From a virus (Duplodnaviria > Caudoviricetes), in the IMG/VR virus record IMGVR_UViG_3300030433_001013, positions 1-34,285 of that record: a stretch of DNA of 34,285 nt; one strand, given 5' to 3'. Position numbers and translations under genes: made by a program. Positions 1 through 9,841 of the stretch are shown piece after piece (position 1 is the first letter of the stretch; each line of letters opens with the position of its first letter). Under the pieces are notes generated by a model. That model did no database searches, was not told the origin of the DNA, and saw only the letters and a list, made by a program, of their open reading frames with translations.

Positions 1-1
1 A

Positions 2-370
2 ATACTTGATAAAGTTATTACAACAGACAAAGAAAGAGATGAAGCAAAACTCGCTCTTAGACGGTTATTACTTGACGCCGAAACAGAAGCTTTTAAACAA
101 GAAGTTGAAGACAGAAAGAGTGCGCGCGATATGTATAAAGACGATGCGTTCATTCAAAAAGTCCTTGCAACTTTATTTACAGCAGCATACTTTGGATTAA
201 GTTTCATGATGTTCAGATTTTTTGTAATGAAAGATATTGAGCTAGGTGAATTTGAAATAAGTTTTATTTCTACTATATTTGGAGCTATGAGTGCTAAAGT
301 TAATACGGTAGTCGATTTCTTTTTCGGCGGATCGTCTAAAAAGAATCAAGAACAAAATAAAAATAAATAA
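2..370 (+). CDS. Holin-like membrane protein, 5'-partial (3-TM/GTA-holin-like)
   Basis: The frame of ORF 131..370 is open back to base 2 (ILDKVITTDKERDEAKLAL...EVEDRKSARDM). It has two hydrophobic helices, then a DFFFGGS motif and a basic C-tail, as in phage holin-like families. Confidence 0.6.
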   Translation: MLDKVITTDKERDEAKLALRRLLLDAETEAFKQEVEDRKSARDMYKDDAFIQKVLATLFTAAYFGLSFMMFRFFVMKDIELGEFEISFISTIFGAMSAKVNTVVDFFFGGSSKKNQEQNKNK

Positions 371-372
371 AA

Positions 373-1122
373 ATGGGAAAATATTTTACAGTAGAAGTTA
401 AGCCTACAATACCAACTATAGAAACAACTGGCATGCACAGTGGATTCAGTGCTAACGACATTGTGTTTGATTGGTTTCCTTTTGATATTCCAAGAGGAAC
501 ATCTTTATTGCAGTCTGTATTATTAGAAATTGCACCTGAGCATGATTCAGGGGCTTCAGTTAACGAAATTAAATTAGATTTAATATTTGCAAAAACTGTT
601 AATGGGCAAGCGCCAACTAGCTTAGGTACAGCTAATTCTGCTCTTACTGCTGATGTTAATAGTAGAAATGAAATAATTGGTTATATTTCTAATGCAGTTT
701 TTGCGTTTGAAACTCATTTAGATAGTACTGCTATTGCATTAGCAAGATCTGGGATGAGTGGAAATATTCTTTTTGAAGGAGAGCCAGATAGTGGTGTAAA
801 CGTTGGATTTGATAAAATTTATGTAGCAGCTATATCCAGTGGAAGTCTTGATCTTAGATCCACAATGCAAATTAATAACGGTACTTTAGATGGCGATACC
901 TTTACTGTAGATGGTGTAGATCCTAGAAAATGTCTTAAACCAGGTGATATAATAGCGGCAACAACAACAGCTGATACAAGTATTAGTAAATCATTAGGTA
1001 CCGTAAAATCACTAACTGATACTACTATAACACTTGAATCAACAACTGAAAATGCCGTTTTAGATGATGATTTTATATACAACACAAGACCAATTAGATT
1101 AGTGTTTGGATTTGAAAAATAA
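373..1122 (+). CDS. Hypothetical beta-rich protein, possibly virion-associated
   Basis: 249-aa ORF, T/S/G/D-rich, with an A-rich start context. No diagnostic motif. Confidence 0.5.
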   Translation: MGKYFTVEVKPTIPTIETTGMHSGFSANDIVFDWFPFDIPRGTSLLQSVLLEIAPEHDSGASVNEIKLDLIFAKTVNGQAPTSLGTANSALTADVNSRNEIIGYISNAVFAFETHLDSTAIALARSGMSGNILFEGEPDSGVNVGFDKIYVAAISSGSLDLRSTMQINNGTLDGDTFTVDGVDPRKCLKPGDIIAATTTADTSISKSLGTVKSLTDTTITLESTTENAVLDDDFIYNTRPIRLVFGFEK

Positions 1123-1133
1123 AAAATAAATAT

Positions 1134-1158
1134 AAATTAAATTAAATTAAATTAAATT
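1134..1158 (+). repeat. (AAATT)x5 tandem repeat abutting the ATG at 1159
   Basis: Five perfect AAATT units read directly from the sequence. Confidence 0.9.
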
Positions 1159-1428
1159 ATGGCAAAAGAAAAAATGGTTGACCTTAAACCTAAGGTTGAC
1201 AAAATATCAGATGAACATTTAAATACAATAAAAAATTTAATAAGCACTGTTAACGCTTTGCAATTAAATATAGGTAGACTTGAAGGTCAAAAACATAATT
1301 TATTACACGAATTATTTAGTGTAAATAATAAAGTTTTAGAAGTACAAGAAATGTTTACTAAAGAGTATGGAACAAATGATATTAATATAGCAGACGGAAC
1401 AATAAATAGAGAAGATAATGAAAAATAA
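1159..1428 (+). CDS. Hypothetical coiled-coil protein
   Basis: 89-aa ORF with a heptad-like pattern; overlaps the next gene. Confidence 0.6.
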   Translation: MAKEKMVDLKPKVDKISDEHLNTIKNLISTVNALQLNIGRLEGQKHNLLHELFSVNNKVLEVQEMFTKEYGTNDINIADGTINREDNEK

Positions 1429-1642
1429 TATCATAAGAAAAATAACTATAGGCAAAGACTACAAAAATGATTCAATGCACTACTCTGTAGGTCAAGAAGT
1501 TTATGGTGGTCATAAAATTTGCGATATAGTAGAAGAAGAAGATAAATATTGTATTTACATTAAAAAAGAAGATATTGTTATACCTTGGAAAGACTTTAAT
1601 AAAAATATGGCAATATCAGTTGAGTATAACTTAGAATATTAA
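1418..1642 (+). CDS. Hypothetical protein
   Basis: 74-aa ORF, coupled to the next gene by a TAATG stop/start overlap. Confidence 0.65.
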   Translation: MKNNIIRKITIGKDYKNDSMHYSVGQEVYGGHKICDIVEEEDKYCIYIKKEDIVIPWKDFNKNMAISVEYNLEY

Positions 1643-2220
1643 TGAATGCTTACAAAGATTATATTATTAGCCCTATTGGTGATAGGTACAATAACAGTGT
1701 ACGAGTCAATGACAAAGAATTAATACTAAACACTGAAATATTTAATCATCAATACATAAATAGATTAGCAAAAGTAATCGCTACTCCACTGTTATTTCAA
1801 TCACCTGTTAATGTAGGTGATGAAATAATAGTACATCATAACATATTTAGAAGATGGCATGATGTTAAAGGTAGAGAAAGAAACAGCAGGTCGTATTGGA
1901 AAGAAAATAAATATATAGTATCACAAGATCAAATATATTTATATAATAAAAAAGCTATGCCAGGTTTTAGTTTTGTAAAACCATTAAAAGCTATTAATAA
2001 ATTTAATACTGAAATAGAAAGGCCGTTAATAGGCGTTATCAAATATTCTGATGGTAGCTTCAATATAAATGATTTAGTAGGATTTATGCCTAATAGTGAA
2101 TACGAGTTTGTTATAAACGGAGAAAGATTATATAGAGTTATGAATAAATTTATTACAATTAAATATGAATATCAAGGAAACGAAGAAGAATATAATCCAA
2201 GCTGGGCAAAAAGCAGTTGA
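1642..2220 (+). CDS. GroES-like co-chaperonin, apparently with two tandem GroES-like domains
   Basis: AKVIATP...VNVGDEIIVHHN and FVKPL...GVIKYS...INDLVGF...EFVINGERLYRV each resemble the GroES pattern GxVxAVG...VKVGDxVxF...EVxIDGEEYLI. Confidence 0.6.
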   Translation: MNAYKDYIISPIGDRYNNSVRVNDKELILNTEIFNHQYINRLAKVIATPLLFQSPVNVGDEIIVHHNIFRRWHDVKGRERNSRSYWKENKYIVSQDQIYLYNKKAMPGFSFVKPLKAINKFNTEIERPLIGVIKYSDGSFNINDLVGFMPNSEYEFVINGERLYRVMNKFITIKYEYQGNEEEYNPSWAKSS

Positions 2221-2437
2221 AGAACTAATTAAAGTAGCTAAAGAACCTATAGTAGACAGTGATGATGATATATCAGCTGATAGATTAAAAAATGCTGCTG
2301 CTACAAAAAAACTAGCTATATTCGATGCTTTTGAAATACTTAATCGTATAAACGAAGAAGAAAATATGCTTGAAGGTAAAGTTGAAGAAAAAAAAGAAAT
2401 TAAGTTTAAAGGTTTTGCAGAAGGTAGATCAAAATGA
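2165..2437 (+). CDS. Putative terminase small subunit / helical protein
   Basis: 90-aa helical ORF immediately upstream of TerL and overlapping it (ATGA). Function inferred from position only. Confidence 0.45.
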   Translation: MNIKETKKNIIQAGQKAVEELIKVAKEPIVDSDDDISADRLKNAAATKKLAIFDAFEILNRINEEENMLEGKVEEKKEIKFKGFAEGRSK

Positions 2438-4671
2438 AGTACGAACAAAACTTATATAAAATAGTAGAGCCAATAAAAGAAAATACTATTAAAAGATTAA
2501 ATAAGAGCAAGAAATGGAAGTATGGATATAATAAAGAAAATGACATTGTTGTAATATCGAAGACTGGCATGATTGGTAATGTCATAGAAATACAAGGTTT
2601 ACAAATAGCTTTACCTAAACAACCAAACAATATATATAGTTGTAGTAAAATTAAATCAGAACAAAAATGGAAACGGTTTGTAGCTAATCCTGCTTTTAAA
2701 AAAATAAAAACTGTATTTGATTGGCAAGATTACCCAGACGATTTTAAACAAGACCACTACGAATATATAGACGAAGAGTTTAAAAGAAGAGAAGAAGGTT
2801 TTTGGTTTATGAATAATGGTAGGCCAACATATATAACAGGCACGCACTATATGTATTTACAATGGAGTAAAATAGATGTAGGTGCGCCAGATTATAGAGA
2901 AGCAAATAGATTATTCTTTATATTTTGGGAAGCTTGTAAAGCTGATAACAGAAGTTACGGTATGTGTTATTTAAAAAACAGACGATCAGGTTTTTCTTTT
3001 ATGAGTTCAGCTGAAACTGTTAATTTAGCAACACTTGCTAGTGATAGTAGGTTTGGTATACTATCAAAAACTGGAGCTGACGCAAAGAAAATGTTTACAG
3101 ATAAAGTAGTACCTATTAGTTTAAATTATCCATTTTTCTTTAAGCCAATACAAGACGGTATGGACCGGCCAAAGTCTGAACTTGCATATAGAGTACCAGC
3201 TAAAAAGTTTACGCGTAAAAAAATACGTGAGCGTGAAGAGATGGACGATGTTGAAGGTCTTGATACAACTATAGACTGGAAGAATACAGGTGATAATAGT
3301 TATGACGGTGAAAAATTAAATTTATTAGTTCACGATGAAAGTGGTAAATGGGAAAGACCTGATAACATAAGAAATAATTGGAGAGTTACAAAAACTTGTT
3401 TACGTTTAGGTAGTAGAGTAGTTGGTAAATGTATGATGGGTAGTACTAGTAATTCGTTAGAAAAAGGTGGTGATAATTTTAAAAATCTATATAATAATTC
3501 TAACGTAACAAAAAGAAACAGAAACGGGCAAACTAAATCAGGCTTGTATTCTTTGTTTATACCAATGGAGTGGAATTATGAAGGATTTATTGATGAGTAT
3601 GGTCAGCCAGTATTTAACACTCCTAAAAAATCAGCTTTTGATCCTCATGGTTTAGAAATAGACCAGGGCGTTATTGATCATTGGAATAATGAAGCTGAAG
3701 GCTTAAAAGATGACCAAGATGCTTTAAATGAATTTTATCGCCAGTTTCCAAGAACTGAAGAGCATGCGTTTAGAGATGAAACAAGAAACAGTATATTTAA
3801 TTTAATTAAAATATACGAACAAATAGATTATAACGAGGGTAATAAAAACTCTTCAGTAATAACTACAGGAAATTTTCAATGGTCTGAAGGCGTTAAAGAT
3901 ACTAGAGTTACTTTTAATCCAAACCCTAAAGGTAGATTTAAAGTGAGCTGGGTTCCTGGTGTTAGATTACAAAATAATGTTATTTTAAAAAATGGCGTGA
4001 AATATCCTGGCAACGAACATATGGGAGCATTTGGCTGTGACTCTTACGATATATCAGGTACTGTAGATGGAACGGGATCTAAAGGATCTTTGCATGGATT
4101 AACAAAGTTTTCAATGGAAGACGCTCCAGCAAATACTTTTTTTCTTGAATATGTAGCAAGGCCTCAAACAGCTGAAATATTTTTTGAAGATGTATTAATG
4201 GCTTTAGTGTTTTATGGCATGCCTTTACTTGCAGAAAACAATAAACCAAGATTATTGTACTATTTAAGAAGAAGGGGTTATAGAGGCTTTAGTATGAACA
4301 GGCCAGACAAAATTTGGAATAAGTTATCAGTAGCAGAAAAAGAAGTAGGTGGTATACCAAACTCTAGTGAAGATATAAAGCAAGCTCACGCCGCTGCTAT
4401 TGAGATGTACATTAATGATCATGTTGGCTTATTAAAAGATGGAACTTATGGCACTATGTACTTTAATGAAACACTTAATGACTGGTCAAAGTTTGATATA
4501 AACAAAAGAACAAAACACGATGCTTCTATAAGTTCTGGTTTAGCTATAATGGGATGCAATAGACATTTATATAAACCAAATAAAGAAAGAGAAATAACAC
4601 CATTAAACCTTCATATATCAAAATATAATAATAAAGGATTTTCGTCTAGAATAATTAAAAATAAAATATGA
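2434..4671 (+). CDS. terL: Terminase large subunit
   Basis: Walker A variant LKNRRSGFS, Walker B LLVHDESGKW, coupling motif GSTSN, RNase H-like nuclease residues (FGCDSYD, LAENN, KHDASIS); lies directly before the portal. Confidence 0.92.
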   Translation: MKYEQNLYKIVEPIKENTIKRLNKSKKWKYGYNKENDIVVISKTGMIGNVIEIQGLQIALPKQPNNIYSCSKIKSEQKWKRFVANPAFKKIKTVFDWQDYPDDFKQDHYEYIDEEFKRREEGFWFMNNGRPTYITGTHYMYLQWSKIDVGAPDYREANRLFFIFWEACKADNRSYGMCYLKNRRSGFSFMSSAETVNLATLASDSRFGILSKTGADAKKMFTDKVVPISLNYPFFFKPIQDGMDRPKSELAYRVPAKKFTRKKIREREEMDDVEGLDTTIDWKNTGDNSYDGEKLNLLVHDESGKWERPDNIRNNWRVTKTCLRLGSRVVGKCMMGSTSNSLEKGGDNFKNLYNNSNVTKRNRNGQTKSGLYSLFIPMEWNYEGFIDEYGQPVFNTPKKSAFDPHGLEIDQGVIDHWNNEAEGLKDDQDALNEFYRQFPRTEEHAFRDETRNSIFNLIKIYEQIDYNEGNKNSSVITTGNFQWSEGVKDTRVTFNPNPKGRFKVSWVPGVRLQNNVILKNGVKYPGNEHMGAFGCDSYDISGTVDGTGSKGSLHGLTKFSMEDAPANTFFLEYVARPQTAEIFFEDVLMALVFYGMPLLAENNKPRLLYYLRRRGYRGFSMNRPDKIWNKLSVAEKEVGGIPNSSEDIKQAHAAAIEMYINDHVGLLKDGTYGTMYFNETLNDWSKFDINKRTKHDASISSGLAIMGCNRHLYKPNKEREITPLNLHISKYNNKGFSSRIIKNKI

Positions 4672-7061
4672 GATTAATAGAACACTCTATAAATTTTCCG
4701 TCGCAAGCGGTAAGTGATTTAGAAAAACTAAGTGAAGAATATGGTTTAAAAGTAGCTAGAGCTATAAGGCATGAATGGTTTTCAGGCTCAACGTCTAAAT
4801 ATAATAGTCATAAAAATAATTTTCACACGCTAAGATTATATGCTAGAGGAGAACAGCCAATACAAAAATATAAAAATGAATTATCTATCAATGGTGATTT
4901 ATCTTATCTTAATTTAGATTGGAAGCCCGTTCCAATTATTCCTAAATTCGTAGATATCGTTGTTAACGGTATGGCTCAAAGAAACTACGAAATAAATTGT
5001 TTTTCACAAGATCAATATGGTGTAAGTAAAAGAACTGAGTATATGGAAACTATACTTAGAGATATGAGAGCTAAAGAGTTTAACGATTTAGTTCAACAAC
5101 AATTTAATATAAACTTATACGAAACTGAAAAAGAAAAATTACCAGACAGCGAAGAAGAATTAGCTTTACATATGCAGTTAAATTATAAGCAAGCTGTTGA
5201 ATTAGCAGAAGAACAAGCTTTAAACGTTTTACTAGAAAACAGTGATTATGATTTAGTAAGACGTAGAGTTTTATATGACTTAACTGTTTTAGGTATAGGT
5301 GCAACAAAAACAACTTTTGATTTTAGTAGCGGTGCTAAAGCTAAATATGTAGATCCAGCTACTTTAGTTTATTCTTATACAGAGTCTCCTTATTTTGAAG
5401 ACATTTATTATATAGGAGAAATAAAAGAAATACCTATAAACGAATTAGTAAAAGAGTTTCCACAATTAACAGAAAGTGAAATAGAAGAAATAACAAATAA
5501 TAGGGCATATCCGTCAGATTATATAGGTAATAGAGATAAGAATAAAGTTCAAGTACTTTACTTTAATTATAAAACACATATGAATAGTGTTTATAAATTA
5601 AAACAAACTAAAGCAGGTGGTGAGAAAGTAATTGAAAAAGATGATACATTTAATCCACCTGATAACATGGAGGGTAATTTTGAAAAACTTGAAAGAGTAA
5701 TAGAAACACTTTATGAAGGCGTTTACTTAGTAGGTTCTGATAAAATGTTAAAATGGAGAATGTGTCCTAATATGATGAGGACAGATTCTGATTTTAGCAG
5801 TGTTAAAATGAATTATCAAATAGTAGCACCAAGGATGTATGAAGGTAGAATAGAAAGTTTAGTTGGAAGAATAACTAGCTTTGCTGATATGATACAGTTA
5901 ACGCATTTAAAGCTTCAACAAGTTATGGCACGTATGGTACCAGACGGTGTATATTTAGATGCTGATGGCTTAGCTGAAATAGATTTAGGTAATGGAACAA
6001 ATTATAATCCACAAGAAGCTTTAAACATGTTCTTCCAAACTGGTAGTGTTATAGGTAGAAGTTTTACAGCAGACGGCGATGGTAATCCAGGAAAAGTACC
6101 AATACAACAAATAAATAACGGTATAAATGGAGGCAAGCTACAAAGCTTAATTAGCACATATAACTATTATTTACAAATGATACGTGATGTGACAGGATTA
6201 AATGAAGCTAGAGATGCTACAACGCCAGACAAAAACGCTTTAGTAGGAGTGCAAAAATTAGCAGCCGCTAACTCTAACACAGCAACAAGACATTTATTGC
6301 AATCGATGTTATTTATAACGGCTGAAGTGGCAGAGTGCTTGTCATTACGTATAGCTGATATAATAGAATACTCACCAACAAGAGATGCTTTCATAAGAGC
6401 ATTAGGTGCTCATAATGTAGCAACTTTAGATGAAATGAAAAACTTACATCTTTATGACTTTGGTATATTTATAGAATTAATGCCAGATGAAGAAGAAAAG
6501 GCTATATTAGAAAATAATATACAAGCTGCTTTAAGTCAAGGCATGATTGATTTAGATGATGCAATAGATTTGCGTAATGTTAGAAACGTTAAGCTAGCAA
6601 ATGAATTATTAAAAGTAAAAAGAAAAGCAAAGCAGGCAAAAGACCAAGCAATGCAACAACAAAATATGCAAGCGCAAGCGCAGGCTAATGCTCAAGCTCA
6701 ACAGGCCGCGGCACAAGCTGAAGTTCAAAAAAATCAAGCTAAAGCAGAAACAGATGCTCAATTAGAACAAACTAGAACTCAATTAAAAATACAATACTTA
6801 CAACAAGAAGTTCAGTCTAAAAAAGAATTAATGCAGTTTGAGTTTGAATTAAATTCTCAACTAGAAGGTATGAAGCAACAAACTAACAACCAACTAGAAC
6901 AACAAAGAGAAGACAGAAGAGATCAAAGAGTTGATCAGCAAGCTATGCATCAAAAAGAAATGATAAGTCAAAGAAAACAGGGTGATTCATTTAATAAGTT
7001 TGAGTCATCAGGTAATGATATACTTAGCGGAGATGCAGGTATGGATCAATTTAGTATTTAA
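4668..7061 (+). CDS. Portal protein with a long Gln-rich C-terminal coiled-coil barrel
   Basis: 797 aa, directly after TerL. IIPKFVDIVVNG and IRDVTGLNEARD segments are typical of podovirus portals; Q/A-rich helical tail like the P22-type barrel. Confidence 0.88.
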   Translation: MRLIEHSINFPSQAVSDLEKLSEEYGLKVARAIRHEWFSGSTSKYNSHKNNFHTLRLYARGEQPIQKYKNELSINGDLSYLNLDWKPVPIIPKFVDIVVNGMAQRNYEINCFSQDQYGVSKRTEYMETILRDMRAKEFNDLVQQQFNINLYETEKEKLPDSEEELALHMQLNYKQAVELAEEQALNVLLENSDYDLVRRRVLYDLTVLGIGATKTTFDFSSGAKAKYVDPATLVYSYTESPYFEDIYYIGEIKEIPINELVKEFPQLTESEIEEITNNRAYPSDYIGNRDKNKVQVLYFNYKTHMNSVYKLKQTKAGGEKVIEKDDTFNPPDNMEGNFEKLERVIETLYEGVYLVGSDKMLKWRMCPNMMRTDSDFSSVKMNYQIVAPRMYEGRIESLVGRITSFADMIQLTHLKLQQVMARMVPDGVYLDADGLAEIDLGNGTNYNPQEALNMFFQTGSVIGRSFTADGDGNPGKVPIQQINNGINGGKLQSLISTYNYYLQMIRDVTGLNEARDATTPDKNALVGVQKLAAANSNTATRHLLQSMLFITAEVAECLSLRIADIIEYSPTRDAFIRALGAHNVATLDEMKNLHLYDFGIFIELMPDEEEKAILENNIQAALSQGMIDLDDAIDLRNVRNVKLANELLKVKRKAKQAKDQAMQQQNMQAQAQANAQAQQAAAQAEVQKNQAKAETDAQLEQTRTQLKIQYLQQEVQSKKELMQFEFELNSQLEGMKQQTNNQLEQQREDRRDQRVDQQAMHQKEMISQRKQGDSFNKFESSGNDILSGDAGMDQFSI

Positions 7062-7080
7062 TATTTTATAAAATTTTATT

Positions 7081-8226
7081 ATGGAAGAAAAAAAAGAAGT
7101 TGTTGAAGAAACAACAGAACAACCTATAGAAGAGGTTAAAGAAGAAAAACAACCTAGAAACGAAAAAGGACAATTTACTTCTAAGTTTAAATCAGAAGAA
7201 GATGATACAGTTTACAAGGTAGACTTAAGTAATCCTCCTGAAGAAAAAGAAGAAACAGTCGTTGAAGAGGTTGTTGAACAAAAAGAAAACGTTGAAGATA
7301 CTGATGAGCCGATAATAGAAGAGATTACAGAAGAAGAAAAAATAGAAGCTGTTGAAGATGCGGTTGTAGAAGCTGTAGAAGAAGCAGAAGCCACTGGAAC
7401 TCCTTTACCAGAAAATATACAAAAGCTTGTAGATTTTATGGAAGAAACTGGAGGTGACATACAAGACTATGTTAATTTAAATAAAGACATTAGTAGTATG
7501 GATGACTCTGATGTGTTAGATGAGTATTATCGATCAACAAAATCACACTTGTCACCAGAAGAAAGATCGTTTTTATTAGAAGACAATTTCGGTATTGACG
7601 AAGAAATAGATGACGAGAAAACACAACGTAAAAAGAAAATAGCCCTTAAAGAGCAAGTTGCCGAGGCTAGAGCCTATTTAGACGGGCAAAAGTCTAAGTA
7701 CTATGAAGAAATTAAAGCTGGAAGTAAACTTACAGAAGAACAACAAAAGGCTATTAATTTCTATAATGAATCTGAAGAAAATAAAAAAGAGTCTGAGAAA
7801 AGAAAAAGAACTTTTTTAAATAAAACAGATAGTTTCTTTGGACAAAATTTCAAAGGTTTTGAATATAATGTTGGAGATAAAAAATATCGTTTTAATATTA
7901 AAGATGTTAATAAAGTAAAAGAAGCTCAAAGTGATATTAATAATTTTGTTAGTAAGTTTGCTAACAAAGATAATACAGTTATTGAAGATACTGAAGGTTA
8001 TCATAAATCTTTATATACAGCTATGAATGCCGATGCTATTGCTAAACATTTTTATGAACAAGGTAAAGCTGACGCTATCAAAGGGCAAATTGCTCAGGAC
8101 AAAAATATAAACTTAGAACCTAGAAAAACACACGGTGAATATGAGGCTGGTGGTTTAAAAGTTAGAGTTCTAGGAGATTCTTCTTCAGATTTTAAATTTA
8201 AAATAAAAAGTAATAAAAGAAAATAA
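7081..8226 (+). CDS. Capsid scaffolding/assembly protein
   Basis: Lies between portal and MCP. Very acidic low-complexity N-terminus with a PRNEKGQF motif, followed by coiled coil. Confidence 0.7.
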   Translation: MEEKKEVVEETTEQPIEEVKEEKQPRNEKGQFTSKFKSEEDDTVYKVDLSNPPEEKEETVVEEVVEQKENVEDTDEPIIEEITEEEKIEAVEDAVVEAVEEAEATGTPLPENIQKLVDFMEETGGDIQDYVNLNKDISSMDDSDVLDEYYRSTKSHLSPEERSFLLEDNFGIDEEIDDEKTQRKKKIALKEQVAEARAYLDGQKSKYYEEIKAGSKLTEEQQKAINFYNESEENKKESEKRKRTFLNKTDSFFGQNFKGFEYNVGDKKYRFNIKDVNKVKEAQSDINNFVSKFANKDNTVIEDTEGYHKSLYTAMNADAIAKHFYEQGKADAIKGQIAQDKNINLEPRKTHGEYEAGGLKVRVLGDSSSDFKFKIKSNKRK

Positions 8227-8249
8227 TAACAATTTAAAATTTAAGAATT

Positions 8250-9773
8250 ATGGCAATTTCAAATCCTGGAGGTAATTTGAATAGCGTGCCTGCTTCACAA
8301 AAGCAAACGCTTCAAACAAATTACCTCGATTTTACGTCTGGTGCTAATGACTGGGCGCAACAATACCTGCCTGACTTAATGGAAAAAGAAGCTGAAGTTT
8401 TCGGACCGAGAACTATATCAGGTTTTTTATCTAAAGTTGGAGCGGAAGAGGCTATGGCATCTGATCAAGTTGTATGGTCTGAACAATCAAGATTACACTT
8501 ATCTTATTTGGGACAAGTAACATCAGCTACTGGTGGTGCTAATCCTGGTACAGGTGTAACTAATATCGCTCAAATAACTATTCAAGATGATATTGATGGT
8601 AACGTTGGATCTGGCTTTACAGCTGCTAATCACGGTATTAGAGTTAACGATACTATTATTGTAGCTAACGCTAATGGTGTTTTTAAATGTTTAGTATCTG
8701 TTGTTGCTGACGCTGTTATTGATGTATTACCATACAGTCAATCTGCTTTAGCTGCTACTGGTACGGCAAAAGACACTACTATATTAGTTTATGGTTCTGA
8801 GTTTGGTAAAGGTATGAATTATACTGCAGCTGCTGGTACTAATAACACAACTGATGCTAGAGGTGCTAATGAGCCAACTTTTAAGTCTTTTACTAATAAA
8901 CCAATTATTATGAAAGACTATTACGAAGTTTCAGGTTCTGATACATCTAGAATTGGTTGGGTTGAAGTTTCTACTGAAACTGGACAATCAGGTTATTTAT
9001 GGTACTTAAAAGCTGAAGCTGATACTAGAGCAAGATTCAATGACTACATTGAAATGGCAATGTTAGAATCTGAGTTTGCTGCTACTACTTCTGAAGTTCA
9101 AGGTTCTACTATTATACCAGGCTCAACTACAGATGCTGCTAAATCTGCTGGTACTGAAGGTTTATTTGCTGCTATCGAAGATAGAGGTAATATAACTACA
9201 GGTGTTACTGGTGTTAATGCTACTACTGACTTAGCTGAGTTTGATGCTATTTTAGCTGAATTTGATAAGCAAGGTGCTATTGAAGAATACATGATGTTTG
9301 TTAATAGATCGACTAGTTTAGCTATCGATGACATGTTAGCTTCTATGAATTCTTACGGCGCGGGAGGTACTTCTTACGGAGTATTTGAAAACGACGAAGA
9401 TATGGCATTAAATTTAGGTTTCTCAGGATTTAGAAGAGGTTCTTATGACTTCTACAAATCTGATTTTAGATACTTAAATGACAAAGCTACAAGAGGTGGA
9501 ATTAACGATGCTGCTGGAACTGGAGCGATTAGAGGTGTTATGATACCGGCTGGTGTATCTACTGTATATGATCAAAACATGGGTAAAAACATGAAGAGAC
9601 CATTTTTACATGTTAGATTCAGAGCTTCTCAAACTGATAACCGAAAAATGAAAACTTGGGTTACTGGTTCTGTTGGAGCTGCTACATCAGCATTAGATGC
9701 AATGCAAATGCACTTCTTAACTGAAAGATGTTTAGTAGTACAAGGTGCTAACAACTTTATGTTAATGAAGTAA
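8250..9773 (+). CDS. Major capsid protein
   Basis: 507 aa after the scaffold, strongly biased codon usage (GCT/GGT/ACT), followed by a strong terminator. Position and size fit an HK97-fold MCP with an insertion domain. Confidence 0.85.
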   Translation: MAISNPGGNLNSVPASQKQTLQTNYLDFTSGANDWAQQYLPDLMEKEAEVFGPRTISGFLSKVGAEEAMASDQVVWSEQSRLHLSYLGQVTSATGGANPGTGVTNIAQITIQDDIDGNVGSGFTAANHGIRVNDTIIVANANGVFKCLVSVVADAVIDVLPYSQSALAATGTAKDTTILVYGSEFGKGMNYTAAAGTNNTTDARGANEPTFKSFTNKPIIMKDYYEVSGSDTSRIGWVEVSTETGQSGYLWYLKAEADTRARFNDYIEMAMLESEFAATTSEVQGSTIIPGSTTDAAKSAGTEGLFAAIEDRGNITTGVTGVNATTDLAEFDAILAEFDKQGAIEEYMMFVNRSTSLAIDDMLASMNSYGAGGTSYGVFENDEDMALNLGFSGFRRGSYDFYKSDFRYLNDKATRGGINDAAGTGAIRGVMIPAGVSTVYDQNMGKNMKRPFLHVRFRASQTDNRKMKTWVTGSVGAATSALDAMQMHFLTERCLVVQGANNFMLMK

Positions 9774-9784
9774 GACTATTTATT

Positions 9785-9821
9785 TATAAGGGCGGTCACG
9801 TATCGCCCTTATATTTTTTTT
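9785..9821 (+). terminator. Rho-independent terminator after MCP
   Basis: TATAAGGGCG-GT...AT-CGCCCTTATA stem followed by a run of 8 T. Confidence 0.88.
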
Positions 9822-9841
9822 AATTTTTATTATATTATATT

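Noticed and set aside
6-200. 64-aa ORF in the track
   Set aside because: Out-of-frame shadow of the holin-like gene, whose frame is open from base 2.
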